Below are positions 36,568-47,987 of a DNA stretch of 64,000 nucleotides, one piece after another. The first letter of the stretch is position 1, and every line of letters starts with the position of its first letter. The stretch comes from Podarcis muralis (taxonomy: Eukaryota): NCBI RefSeq assembly GCF_964188315.1, contig NC_135664.1, positions 3,410,001-3,474,000 on the forward strand. The letters are read 5' to 3'. The notes under the pieces are model-generated. The model saw only the letters and a list, made by a program, of their open reading frames with translations, ran no database searches and had not been told where the DNA came from. A program made the translations under genes and the position numbers.

Positions 36568-39500
36568 ATGAATCTCAAAATTTTAACATGGAATGTAAAT
36601 GGACTGAATGAAAAAACAAAAAGGAATAAAATTGCAAATGTGTTGAAGAAGAAAAAATTGGATGTAATTTGTATACAAGAGACTCATGTAGCCAAAAAGC
36701 ACAAACATGTATTAGTAAATAAGAACCTGGGAATAGAATTCATAAACTCCGGGAGAGAGAAAAAAAGGGGAGTGGTAACGTATGTCGATGAAAAATGGGA
36801 ACCCAAACTGACCTATAAGGATGAAGATGGAAGGATATTGGGGGTTCAAATAAGCTTTCAAGGAGAAAAGATCGACGTGGTAAACATCTATGCCCCAAAT
36901 ACAAATAGGTCAGAGTTTTACAAAAAATTGGAACAAGTGTTACTAGAATTAGGAAATAACAAGACGATATTATTGGGAGACTTTAATGCAGTGCCGACAT
37001 TAGAAATGGACAGACAAACAGAAAAGAGAAAACGAAAACAAGGAAAGTTACCGGAATCATTTCAAGATTTGGAGGAGAACATGGACCTAACGGATGTATG
37101 GAGACACAAGCATCCAACAGAAAAACAGTTCACCTTCTTCTCAGAAGCACATAAAAGCTGGGGAAGAATAGATCAAATTTGGGCCTCAAGAGAAATTACT
37201 TTAAGAGTGATAAAATGTGAAATTCAACCGAGAACCTTCTCCGACCATAATTCAATAACTTTGGAACTAAAAGGAGAACTAAAGGGAGGCTTCAGATGGA
37301 GACTGAATGACTCTCTGTTGGACAACGATGAGGTCATCGAAAAAGCTAAAGCCACACTAAAAGAGTATTGGGATTTGAACCTCAATAAAGGAACAAAAAT
37401 AGAAACAGTCTGGGACGCCAGTAAGGCGGTTTTAAGAGGTTTCTTCATCCAGCAAAACAATCACAAGAAAAAAATAAGGCAGCAAAAGACAGATGAAATA
37501 CTTAAACAGCTAAGGGAGCACGAGAAGAAATTATTAGAACACCTGAAAGACGAGCAAAGTTTACAATCAATAAAAATACTACAAAGACAATACTCAATAC
37601 TAACGAACCAAGAAATAGAATGGAAAATCAAGCTAATGAAGCAGAGATACTTCGAATCGGCGAATAAAACCGGAAAATTCCTAGCCTGGCAATTGAGGAA
37701 AAGACAGAAGCAGAATGTCATAAATAAAATAATGGTAGAAGAAGAATTAATAGCAGACCCAAAAAAAATACAAAAAATTTTTCTCAAATTTTATGAGGAG
37801 TTATATAAGAAAGGAGAAGAAGACCCAGCTCAAATAGAAAAATATTTAGAGAATTGCACAGGGAAAACTGTTACAGAAGAAGAAAGAACACAATTAAATA
37901 GTCCCATTAGTATCGAGGAGATTGAGAATGCGGTAAAAAAAATGAAATTGGGGAAAGCACCAGGTCCGGACGGGTTATCGGCCAAATATTACAAAGTTTT
38001 GGGAGGTCAATTAGTACAAGTACTCTGTGACACCATGAACAGCATCCTAAGAGGAGGGAAAATACCCGATTCATGGAGGGAAGCCTTTATAACTGTAATC
38101 CTCAAACCAGACACGGACAAATCAAACATGAAGAACTACAGGCCAATATCGCTATTAAATAACGATTACAAAATATATGCGGACATAATGGCCAACAGAC
38201 TGAAAAAATGTTTAACAAAGTTAATCCACAAAGACCAAGCGGGTTTCCTCCCAAATAGATACCTGAAAGATAATGTGAGGCACGTCATTAATTTAATCGA
38301 ATATTTGGAGCTTAACAATAATATACCGGCGTCCCTGATTTTTATAGACGCAGAAAAGGCGTTTGACAACGTCTCCTGGAGGTTTTTACTAAAATCGATG
38401 GAAAAGGCAGGGATCGAGGGTGAATACTTGAAAGGAATACAAGCAATATACTCAAACCAACACGCCAAATTGATAATAAACAACAACCTCACGAATAGAT
38501 TTAAAATAGAGAAAGGAACAAGGCAGGGATGCCCTCTCTCCCCGCTCTTGTTCATTTTAGCTCTGGAAGTCCTGGCGAATAAAATAAGGTCAGAAACGGA
38601 GATAAAAGGGATTAAAATAGGATTTAAAGAGTATAAATTAAAAGCTTATGCGGACGACCTGATGTTATCCCTAGAAGAGCCGCAAGAAAGCATGGGCAAA
38701 GTATTGGAGATCATGGAGGAGTACGGCAAAATATCGGGCTTCAAGTTGAATAAAACCAAAACAAAAATGTTGACGAAGAACCTGAGTAATGATGCGAAGG
38801 AAAGACTAGAGAGACAATATGGAATCAAAGTGGCTAAGAAATTAAAATATTTAGGAATCTGGCTTACACCCAAAAACATAAATTTAATTGAAGACAACTA
38901 CACGCCAACATGGAACAAAGTGAAAAAGGACTTGGATGTTTGGAATAGGGTGAATCTTTCGTGGTTGGGCAGGATGGAAGTGATAAAAATGAACATACTC
39001 CCTAAGATGCTGTTCCTATTTCAAAACATACCTGTTATCAGAGGGACTAAAGTATTTAAGGACTGGCAGAAGACCCTTTCAAGATTCATATGGCAGGGAA
39101 GAAGGCCAAGGATCAGATTCAAATTACTAACAGATCGAAAGGAGAGAGGAGGGCTGGCAGTACCTGATTTAAAATTATATTTTGAAGCGGCTTGTCTTTG
39201 CTGGGTTAAAGACTGGATAACCTTAGAAGACACGGATTTATTAGACCTGGAAGGGGCCGACAATAGATTTAGCTGGCATGCCTACCTCTGGTCAAATAAA
39301 GATAAAGTACACAAAGGGTTCTCGAGCCATATTATTAGAGGTCCTCTGTATGAAGTCTGGGAAAAAAATAAGAAATTGCTGGAATGGAGAACACCCTGGT
39401 GGCTATCCCCAACAGATATCTTATCAATAAAAAGAATGAATATGGAAGAGCGAAAACTGACATATGAAGATCTATTAGTAAGATCCCAAGACAGCTGGAA

Positions 39501-40321
39501 GCTAAGACCATATGAAGAATTAAAGGAGAAGTTGGAGGGCTGGCTACAGTATCATCAAATTAACGCGAAATGGACAGAAGATTAAAAAAATAGGAATGAA
39601 TGAAAAGAAGTCCAAATTTCAGATTGAAGTAATTGAAAGTAAATCAAAGATATTATCTAAGATGTACAATATACTACTGGAATGGGAAACTAAAGATGAA
39701 GAGATCAAAGAAGTCATGGTTAAGTGGGCGATAGATTTGGGGCATACTATAGAATACGAAAAATGGTCAAAATTGTGGAATGAGGGATTAAAATTTACGG
39801 CAAGCGCTGCAATTAGGGAAAATTTGGAAAAGATGATTTATAGATGGTACCTAACACCAGAAAAATTGAGTAGAATGTACAAGACTGCAGACAAGGCTTG
39901 CTGGAAATGTAAAACAAAAGAGGGTAATTTTATACATATGTGGTGGACATGTGAGGAAATCAAAAAGTTTTGGGACCAGATATATAATGAGCTAAAAAAG
40001 ATATTTAGATACACATTCCCCAAAAACCCAGAGGCCTTTTTACTAGGGATGGTTGGGAAAGAAATTCAGGATAAAGATAAAACTCTATTTCAATATTCAA
40101 CAGCAGCGGCCAGGATGCTAATCGCTCAAAATTGGAAAAGCACAAATCTTCCAACGGTGAGGGATTGGCAATTAAAACTATACGACTTTATTGAACTGGC
40201 AAGGCTGACACAAAGAATTAGAAATCACAAAAATATAAAGCTAAAAGAGGATTGGAACAAGTTTATGGTTTATTTTGAAGGCAATTTTAAAAACTTACCA
40301 AATACAGCAGGTTTGTTTTAA
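36568..40321 (+). CDS. L1 ORF2p (APE endonuclease, RT, Cys-rich domain), split by one frameshift at 39583-39595
   Basis: NVNGLN, QETH, GDFN, RIDQIW, SDH; PGPDG, YRPISLLN, DAEKAFD, RQGCPLSP, YADD; CWKC...HMWWTC in the second ORF (39596-40321). Confidence 0.96.
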
Positions 40322-42110
40322 AATCTCCGATGTGCAAACTAAAAAAAATTTTTTGTATACCAGCGGTAAAAATGAAACTACTGAAAGTAAATACCCGAAA
40401 TCAGTAGGGAAGGAAGTCGTGGTTTTTATGTTTCTTGGTTGTAGTTTTTTTTTTGTCTTTTTTCTTACTTCTTTTTTTCTTTCTTTTTTTTCTTTTTTCA
40501 CTTCTTCTTTTTAGTATGAATGTATTTGTTTTTTCTTTTTGTGTGGTAATAAGGAATTCAATAAAAAGAATTTAAAAAAAAAAATATGTGCAGGCAAGGG
40601 GCCAAGCTCCCCTCCCAATGTTGAGGGGCAGAGAAGGCCTCCTCCCAATGATGCACCACACCACCACCCCCTGCCCACAAATGCGGCTCAGAACCCCTCA
40701 AACCATTGCTGCTGCTTGCTGCCTGCCTGCTGCCTGCTCACTCTTGGCAGGCTCTCCAGAGCAACTAAGTCAAGATGTCCTCTGGCCCCACAAAGCCTCC
40801 CTTGAGGGCTGCTGCAGCCGCAAAAGTACCTCTAGAAGCCGGGCCACACTTCCAGAAGGCGGTCGGCAGTTGGAGTAGGCCTTAATGGAGGCCTTGTGGC
40901 GGAGGCCTTGGCCTAGCCAGCACCCCAGTAAGGTGGTGGGTGGCAGAGATGGCGGAGGCCTGGGCTGCCTTTGCAGGCAGGGGGTAGTAGTGGGACACCT
41001 TGTGCATCGGAAGGAGGCCGAGCACGGAGCCCAGCAGCACACACATGTGGCATTACGCATGATGTCATGACATCACATTGCATGTGCAACACTAGACCCC
41101 CCACACACACCATCTGGGGTGCAAGTTGGTGCCTCTGGCTGTAGATATTTTCCTCAGAGTGGATGTTCCACACAGCGACCAGAACCAACTCATTAACTCT
41201 CCCTTCCCAAACTCTCAACCTTAACCGTCTCTGCCCATCTCTCAGAAATGGCACCTTTTATTCTCCCTCCCAAAGTGCTGGCTCCACTCTTGGCAGCCAT
41301 TCAGAGAGAGGTGGGATTCTGAGGCACTGCACCACCCGACTCTGGTCTGGCTCAGCTGTCCATCACAGGACTCCTCTTCCTTCAAAATGTTTGGGGGCGT
41401 TACATTTCCAAGTGTGTGTGTTTCTGGTTCCATTGGATATCTTAATGGCAACCAAGAACATATAATAAAGGACCCTCAAATCATCCCAAGGGGCCTCATT
41501 ATTCTGCCCCTATAAAGAGTTGTTGTACTCCCCTACTACTGGCATGTCTCTGCAGTCACTCTGTACCCCAAATCCTACCTGCCAACTAATTAACCTATTC
41601 CTCTGAGTGAGCTCTAGTCAGGGCCAGCCCACCCATGAGGTGGGTTGAGGCAGCTGCCTTGAGCAGCAGAACCCCAAGAGGCGGTGCTCCCTTGGGTGCC
41701 CTGCTGCATCCACTCCTGCCTGCGCAAGATCTCACTGGGACCTGCCGTTGTTGTTGCTGCTTTGCAGGCACAACTGCACAACCAGTCACGGGAAACTTCA
41801 GCCATGATGGGGCAGCATCTTCCTGTTTCGTCTCAAGCAGCAAAACGGAACACACCATCCCTCTCTCCAGCAGTCAGGGTGTTCATCACACCCGTGAAGC
41901 ATTTGTTGCTACATTGGTCCAGCTTTGTTACGGAACTTGACTGACAGTGAGGAGTGCAAAGCCGTATCCAGCTGTTATTGCAGGAGCCCCTGTGCCTATG
42001 GAGTGCGTTTGGAGTAAGCAACAAGCTTGCAGTAAGTTACCTGAAGTGGGATCGGGAATAGAACTCAAGGCAACCTACTCTTCCTTCACTGGTTCTTCCT
42101 TAAGCAACTA

Positions 42111-42473
42111 ATTTTTTTAATATATTTTTATTAAAGATTTTATTGATTTACAAAGGTATGTGCAATGTCTCTCTCGTGTTTTTTTCCATGTAACTTTTTT
42201 TTTTTACAAATCGGTTTCATTTGTTGAGACATTAGGGAAAAAGGGGGAAAGAGGTGGAGGGGGGAAAGATGAGTGGGGATGAGGTCGGGTGGCAATGTTT
42301 CTATTTTACTTAATATGTGTGGGGTTTTGTGTCAGCATTGCTTGTGCAGGTTCTCTGCTGTTCACTTGTGTTCCTTTGGTGGTGAGAGAGGTTGGGGTTG
42401 GCCTAGGGTGTGGTTGTCCATTTGTGGTTGGCTGTGGTGGTCTTTGTTTTCATGTGTGAGTGGGGTGGGTGGT
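42111..42473 (-). mobile_element. 5'-truncated L1-type 3'UTR insertion
   Basis: T-rich tail with TTTATT at the left end; 8-bp TSD agcaacta (42103, 42474). Confidence 0.65.
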
Positions 42474-42514
42474 AGCAACTACTTATTGATATGTAGATTG
42501 TTTCCTCCTGCTTT

Positions 42515-42900
42515 AGAATCATAGAACTATAGAGTTGGGAGGGGTCCCAAGGGCCATTTAGTCCAACTCCCTGCAATGTGGGACTCTTTTGCCCACGACC
42601 CTGAGGTTGAGAGTCTCATGCTGGTGAGCCAGTGTGGTGTAGTGGTTAAGAGCGGTAGTCTCGTAATCTGGGGAACCGGGTTCGCGTCTCCGCTCCTCCA
42701 CTTGAAGCTGCTGGGTGACCTTGGGCCAGTCACACTTCTCTGAAGTCTCTCAGCCCCACTCACCTCACAGAGTGTTTGTTGTGGGGGAGGAAGGGAAAGG
42801 AGAATGTTAGCCGCTTTGAGAATCCTTAAAGGGAGTGAAAGGCGGGATATCAAATCCAAACTCTTCTTCTTCTTCTTCATGCCCCACTAATTGAGCTATC
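42515..42900 (-). mobile_element. Squam2-type SINE (tRNA-Lys head + CR1 tail), split by a nested SINE
   Basis: The reverse complement reads GATAGCTCAATTAGTGGG|GCATGAGACTCTCAACCTCAGGGTCGTGGG...CTATAGTTCTATGATTCT. Confidence 0.82.
42622..42876 (+). mobile_element. Squam3-type SINE nested in the Squam2-type SINE
   Basis: GAGCCAGTGTGGTGTAGTGGTTAAGAGCGG head, (CTT)n tail, TSD tcatgc (42616, 42877). Confidence 0.92.
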
Positions 42901-42939
42901 ACAGGAGTTTACTGCCTTCCTCCTTCTTCTCCAAGGTCA

Positions 42940-43349
42940 ATTCGCAGGAATTCCCCCCACTTGGCTGATTGGCTGTAGCCATTTGGGTTTCGCCTGCCGC
43001 CTAGCAATTCATCACAACTTGAACAACTGGTTCAGGTGATAGGAATGGGAGGACGCTCTCGCCATCCCTATGTGAAGGGTATTCCGTTAAGGGAACCCAG
43101 GGACTCAACTTGGTTTGTGCCTGTGCCTGAGTCCAGGGAGCATCTAGGGAGTGAACAGAGTCTGTTCCCAAACTTTTCACCTGCCTCAGGTGTTCACCCT
43201 TGGCTGACCTATGACAGAGCTCTGGGTCAGTGCTACTTGCAAGGGTGCAGGGAGCTACTCAAACCAGAGCCTATGCAACCACTCACTTTTCTGTAATCAA
43301 TAAAGTTGTGTCTTTATTTAGGAGGGAGGTCTCTGGGTCTGAACACACA
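42940..43349 (+). mobile_element. LTR-like fragment
   Basis: CCAAT-like 'gattgg', 'caataaagttgtgtc', ends '...gaacaca'. Left end unresolved. Confidence 0.35.
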
Positions 43350-46300
43350 ACTGAGTACTGCTAAGCTTGTGCTCAGAATGGCTTTGTTTGCCATGAGCAG
43401 TGAATCTTTATTTTCCTTATTCATTCAACCAGCCCTGTCACCAGACTGTTTCTTTCTACACTCCGCTGCATTGGAATGCAGAGAGAACTGGGGGCAGTGC
43501 ATCCTAGCACCTCCCAGTGTCTCCATGCAAGATGCTCACAATGCAGGCTACCCACTCACACGGTTGATGTTGTGTGTCTTCAGCTGCATGCATGAAGAAT
43601 CCCCCTTCAGGCCTCCTTGTCAATGCTGGAAGGTCCCAGGCGGACCCAGCATGTGCACAGACATTTATGGCAAGCAGCTAGAAGGCCCAGCCACACTCCT
43701 CCCTACACAGGTTGCTGCAGTCGTCAAACAAACCAGACTTTTGGCTCCTGTGCCTGTGCAGAATATTGGTGCCCTTAAAAGTTCAAAAGTTGGTCATCCC
43801 TACTCTGAACTGAGCCAGAATCTGTTTCACGGGGCCAGTAAAAAGAAAAGGGGGGGGGGGGGAGCCTGTTATTGCAGCATTTATTTACTTATTCTACCAA
43901 GAACACAGAAATGAGATGCAGGCAGCTTAGACTTCCCACATTGATAAAATGAAAGAAAACAGGCTGATTTGGGGCATGGATTGCCAGAGGTAAGGGAAAA
44001 AGGAGAACAAACAAGTCGAATGAGACTTAAAAGGAGAGCTCCTGAATATATAAGAAATATTCTGCTTTGTAACCCAAGATATGTTATCATAGCAAAAGAG
44101 AGAGCGCTGAGGAAACATTGACTTCTTTTAGGATTTTGTTCCACTTTGGGGGTCTCTCTGTGTTGTATTTGTGACTCCTGCGCAGTTTTGTTGGGATAAC
44201 CTTGGCACAGTCATCCAAATGCCATGGGGTGTTTTATTAGGCACTTGCCTTGTGAGCTCCTCCGACCTGATAACCGTTGGAAATATCTACCCGTTTCAAA
44301 AATAAATATTTCAGAGATGCTCTGGCAAAGGACCTTTGTCTTAATCGCTGTGAAATCACAAGCATCGGTCTTGGAGTCCCTGTGACTCCTGATGGAACTG
44401 CTTTCAATTCATTTCTGCTCCTTGAGGGATGGGTTCACTGACAGTTCACCGGATCCCTGCCAAGATGTTTGTCATCACAATATTTCACATTAACGTGACA
44501 AACTTCACTGCATTAAGCAACCATGCCACACTGAAGCAATCCTTCGAATGCATCCTTGCTTCTTCATCTCTCCTGCAACGGATTCTTTCTGCTTTGGGGT
44601 GACTTCAGTCCCTGATATGAACATGTGGAGGTGGGGAATGGAATCACGTGACCCAATCTCAACATGGTCATAATAAAGGCCTGAAAGGAGCACTTGCACT
44701 GACTGCTTTCTCTGTGCTATCAAGATCCTAAACAAGAAATTGCATTCCACGGACTCTTTCCAGACCTCATTATCAATTCATGGAGGTCAAGCATGTGCAA
44801 GCCTGATTCTACCACATACAACCCAAAGACTCAGGGCTTATCTAATGAATGCAGAGATACACTAGCAGTCATCAAGGAACCTTGAACCCAGGACTGTAGA
44901 ACTTCAGACTCACTGAGACAAGCACAGTCCACCGATGTCAGAGACTGGCAGGATGCTGATGAGTGTGCCCTGGGGGCAGGGGGGCTGCAGTCTGACTTGG
45001 GAAAGACAGGCAGTGGTTTGTGGGGAGCCCTCCTGCACCACTGTCTCCTAGAAGCAAGAGGGAATGAAAAAGAAATGAGAAGTTTCCATGCAGGCACAGT
45101 CTTCAGCTGTGTGTGCAGCACATCAGGGGAAGATACATGACCTGGTGGAGGGGGAGTGGTCCTCTGTTTCTGCAACTCTTCCATAGAACATGGACCTAGA
45201 AATAGCTGCCTAGCTGTTAGATTGGTGTGCGCAGATATCCAGAGCTGCAGAAGGGACTGTGTTATCTCTGACAATAAAATAAATACTTAAGCATCTGCCA
45301 GGAGCATTTCTTTGGCTGGGAAATGCCTAGACAACCAGGCATATACTGTATTTTGGTCTGCCCAGGTGCTTGAGGGCAGAGAAGCCAAGATGAGGTGGCA
45401 CCTAGTAGACTGGGGCAGAGCTGAGGGAATCTGGTGGATCAAGGGTGGATCAAAGAGAGAATCTGGTGGGTTATGGGTAAAGCTTGATAAAACTCCGTTC
45501 CTGGCTGAGCACCATGCACAACTGTGTTTGGCTCCATGGGTCACAAGCTGTGCAGAGATAATCTGACTAATATCTTTGGAACTGCCTCAGCATGAAGCCC
45601 CCTCTGCTAAAGGAATATTTAAAAATGTATGTGACACAACGGAATGAAAATGGGTCAGAGAGTAGGAACGACAGTCCAAAAGATTGGACGTGATTTGTTG
45701 GAGACAATTTTTCTGAGCTGCAGTGAGGAGGGCAGCTGTAGAATGTGGCATGCCAAGTCAATGCATCAGGAGATAGGCCGTATTAATGGATTTCAACTAG
45801 ATTTCAGTGGGAGCAATGCATGCAGGTCTGCAAGCCTAGAAGCAAGAGGGAATGAAAAACCCCTGAACAATTACAACAACAGTGGAGGCCAAAATATACA
45901 ACCTCACCACACCCCACTCAATGCGTGTTAGCTAGTATGTTGCCTGAATAAATGTGCATTACAACTGTGTATGCTGCAAAGTGGTCCTTTGATTATCTCA
46001 CTAAGCTTGGAGCAGCATCCAGAATGGCAATTAGGTGTATGGTGAAGCAAATGACATACATTTAATTGCCAGAATTTTGCCTGGGTGTTTGCAACAGATA
46101 CACCTTTTCTGACCTCCCAAAGACTAAATGCTATTTAGAACTGTTTCACATCATTGTAAGTCATTTATGTATCTCTGTTGATTCAGGCAATGCATTACAG
46201 GAGACCTTCCAAAATGTAAGAACATGCCTGATTTATTTTGCCAAGAGTGAATGTTATCATCACAAAACAACCCCAGAATATTACCAGTACTTAGAAACTG

Positions 46301-46603
46301 TTGCATTCATTTTGTTGGTTGGTTAATGGATTAAAAGCAAGATGACTAAAGAGCTTTAACGGGTTGACACAGCATTAGTGAACATGGCAGGCAGCCCTTG
46401 CTTCTGTGTACATACTGAGCTGATGAATCAAAGTGGCTAAGAGAACAATCCTATTTGCACTTATCTGAGAGGAAGTCTCATCGAACTCAGTGGGTCTTCC
46501 TTTTCAGCAGATGTGTTTATGATTGCGTTACAAAAGGCTGGTTCATGCCTTACTTTTTCTGAAGTGCACTCCAAATATTTTCTGTGTATTTACAGATGTT
46601 AAG

Positions 46604-47042
46604 TGCCATGGACTGATTGGATGCAGAGCGATGGTGGGAGGAACCAGCTGGGGAACTCCCAAGGGAAGATGGCTCAGAGCCTGGGGAGTGGTGGTTAGAG
46701 GAAGAAGAGGGAGAGGACTGGAAGGAGGAAGAGTCAGAAGCTGAAGAAGCAACAGGCTTTAGTGAGCAGAGAGAGTCTGCGGAAGAGGGAAGTCAAGAAA
46801 CAGAGCTAGAAACTGAAGCAGGGGAGGGGAATGAGGGAAGCCAAGAGGCAAAGATGAGGCAAGCTGGTGAAGAGTCACAGGAGAGGCAGCAGTGGGGAGA
46901 CTTGGACCTTCAGAGGCAAGACCTGGTGGAGATGAGCTGCTGTGCTCATGAGGACTGACACTTCTGTGCAGATCCTGTTGTTGCTAATAAAGAGTTAACT
47001 CCAACTTGCTCGGTGTGATTTACTGCTGACTCGCTCCTGTCA
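46604..47042 (+). mobile_element. Solo LTR family 'A', copy 2
   Basis: TGCCATGGAC...CCTGTCA termini, AATAAA near 46986, TSD ttaag / ttagg; shares GGCTCAGAGCCNGGNGAGTGGTGG with copy 1. Confidence 0.8.
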
Positions 47043-47080
47043 TTAGGTGTGACATTAGCACATGCTAATTTGCACATTAT

Positions 47081-47452
47081 AAGGTAAAGGTACCCCCTGA
47101 CCGTTAGGTCCAGTCGCGGACAACTCTGAGGTTGCGGAACTTATCTACTCTATAGGCCAAGGAGCCGACGTTTGTCTGCAGACAACTTCCGGGTCATGTG
47201 GCCAGCATAACTAAGCCACTTCTGGTGCAATGGAACACCGACACCAGAGCAGTGCACGTAAACACCGTTTACCTTCCCGCCGGAGCGGTACCTATTTATC
47301 TACTTGCACTTGACGTGCTTTTGAACTGCTAGGTGGGCAGGAGCTGGGACCGAACAATGGGAGCTCACCCTGTCGCGGGGATTGGAACTGCCGACCTTCC
47401 GATTGGCAAGCCCTAGGCTCTGTGGTTTAGACCACAGCGCCACCAGCGTCCC
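47081..47452 (-). mobile_element. Sauria SINE, full length, antisense
   Basis: (AAGGTA) tail at the left; the reverse complement starts GGGACGCTGGTGGCGCTGTGG; flanking 'cacattata'. Confidence 0.92.
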
Positions 47453-47511
47453 ACATTTTCACATTATACACATATATTAATTATGAAGCCATGGCTGGTT
47501 GTGCTTTCACA

Positions 47512-47655
47512 CAGAGACACATAGCTCAGTGGTAGAGCTTTGCATGCTGAAAGGTAGAGCTGTGAGAGTTTCCCAGGTGAAACCCTGGTGAGCTGCTGCC
47601 AAACAGTGCAGACAATACTGAGATACAGTAGGTGGACCAATGGTCTGATTGCCTT
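47512..47655 (+). mobile_element. Degenerate tRNA-derived SINE, family unassigned
   Basis: A-box 'tagctcagtggtagagc' and 3' 'gacaatactgag...ggaccaatggtctga'. Confidence 0.55.
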
Positions 47656-47902
47656 ACAGGGGTGTCCAACTGGTCGATCCCCGGGAGGTTCGGGTTGATC
47701 GTGGTCTCTTTTTCCTTTGCGTGGGAAAAAGAGGATTCAGCCCGCCTGTCCTCCAAACTCTGACGTTCCTTCCTAATGAAAGCTCAGCAGCTTTGACCTG
47801 AAAGCCCCCTGCCCAAAGGGGTAGATCACTGCCAGTTTTTTATTCTGTGAGTAGATTGCAGTCTCTTGGGGCTGGACGTCCCTGCTCTAAGGCAGCTTCT
47901 TA

Positions 47903-47987
47903 GGGGAAGGTGCAGCTCAGCCGTGGAGCCCATGATTTGCATTCGAAAGGTCCCAGGTTCAATTCCTGGCATCTTGAGGAAGAGCTG
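47903..47987 (+). mobile_element. tRNA-derived SINE head, 3'-truncated
   Basis: A-box-like 'gcagctcagccgtggagc' and B-box 'ggttcaattcc'. Ends abruptly at a duplicated 59-bp segment. Confidence 0.55.

Larger units (their letters stand above)
33747..40582 (+). mobile_element. Full-length L1 LINE (~6.84 kb)
   Basis: 19-bp TSD AATATGTGCAGGCAAGGGG (33728-33746 and 40583-40601). 5' end (G)ACTTCCGG, ~1.7 kb 5'UTR with AAGATGGCG (YY1-type), ORF1, ORF2, T-rich 3'UTR, AATAAA at ~40560 and an A tail. Confidence 0.97.

Noticed and set aside
35757-40023. Antisense ORFs inside L1 ORF1/ORF2, and plus-strand ORFs inside the CR1
   Set aside because: Shadow frames of A-rich coding sequence with no motifs.
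43306-43914. 202-aa plus-strand ORF
   Set aside because: No recognisable domain, non-ATG start in LTR-like sequence, and it ends in a G-tract.
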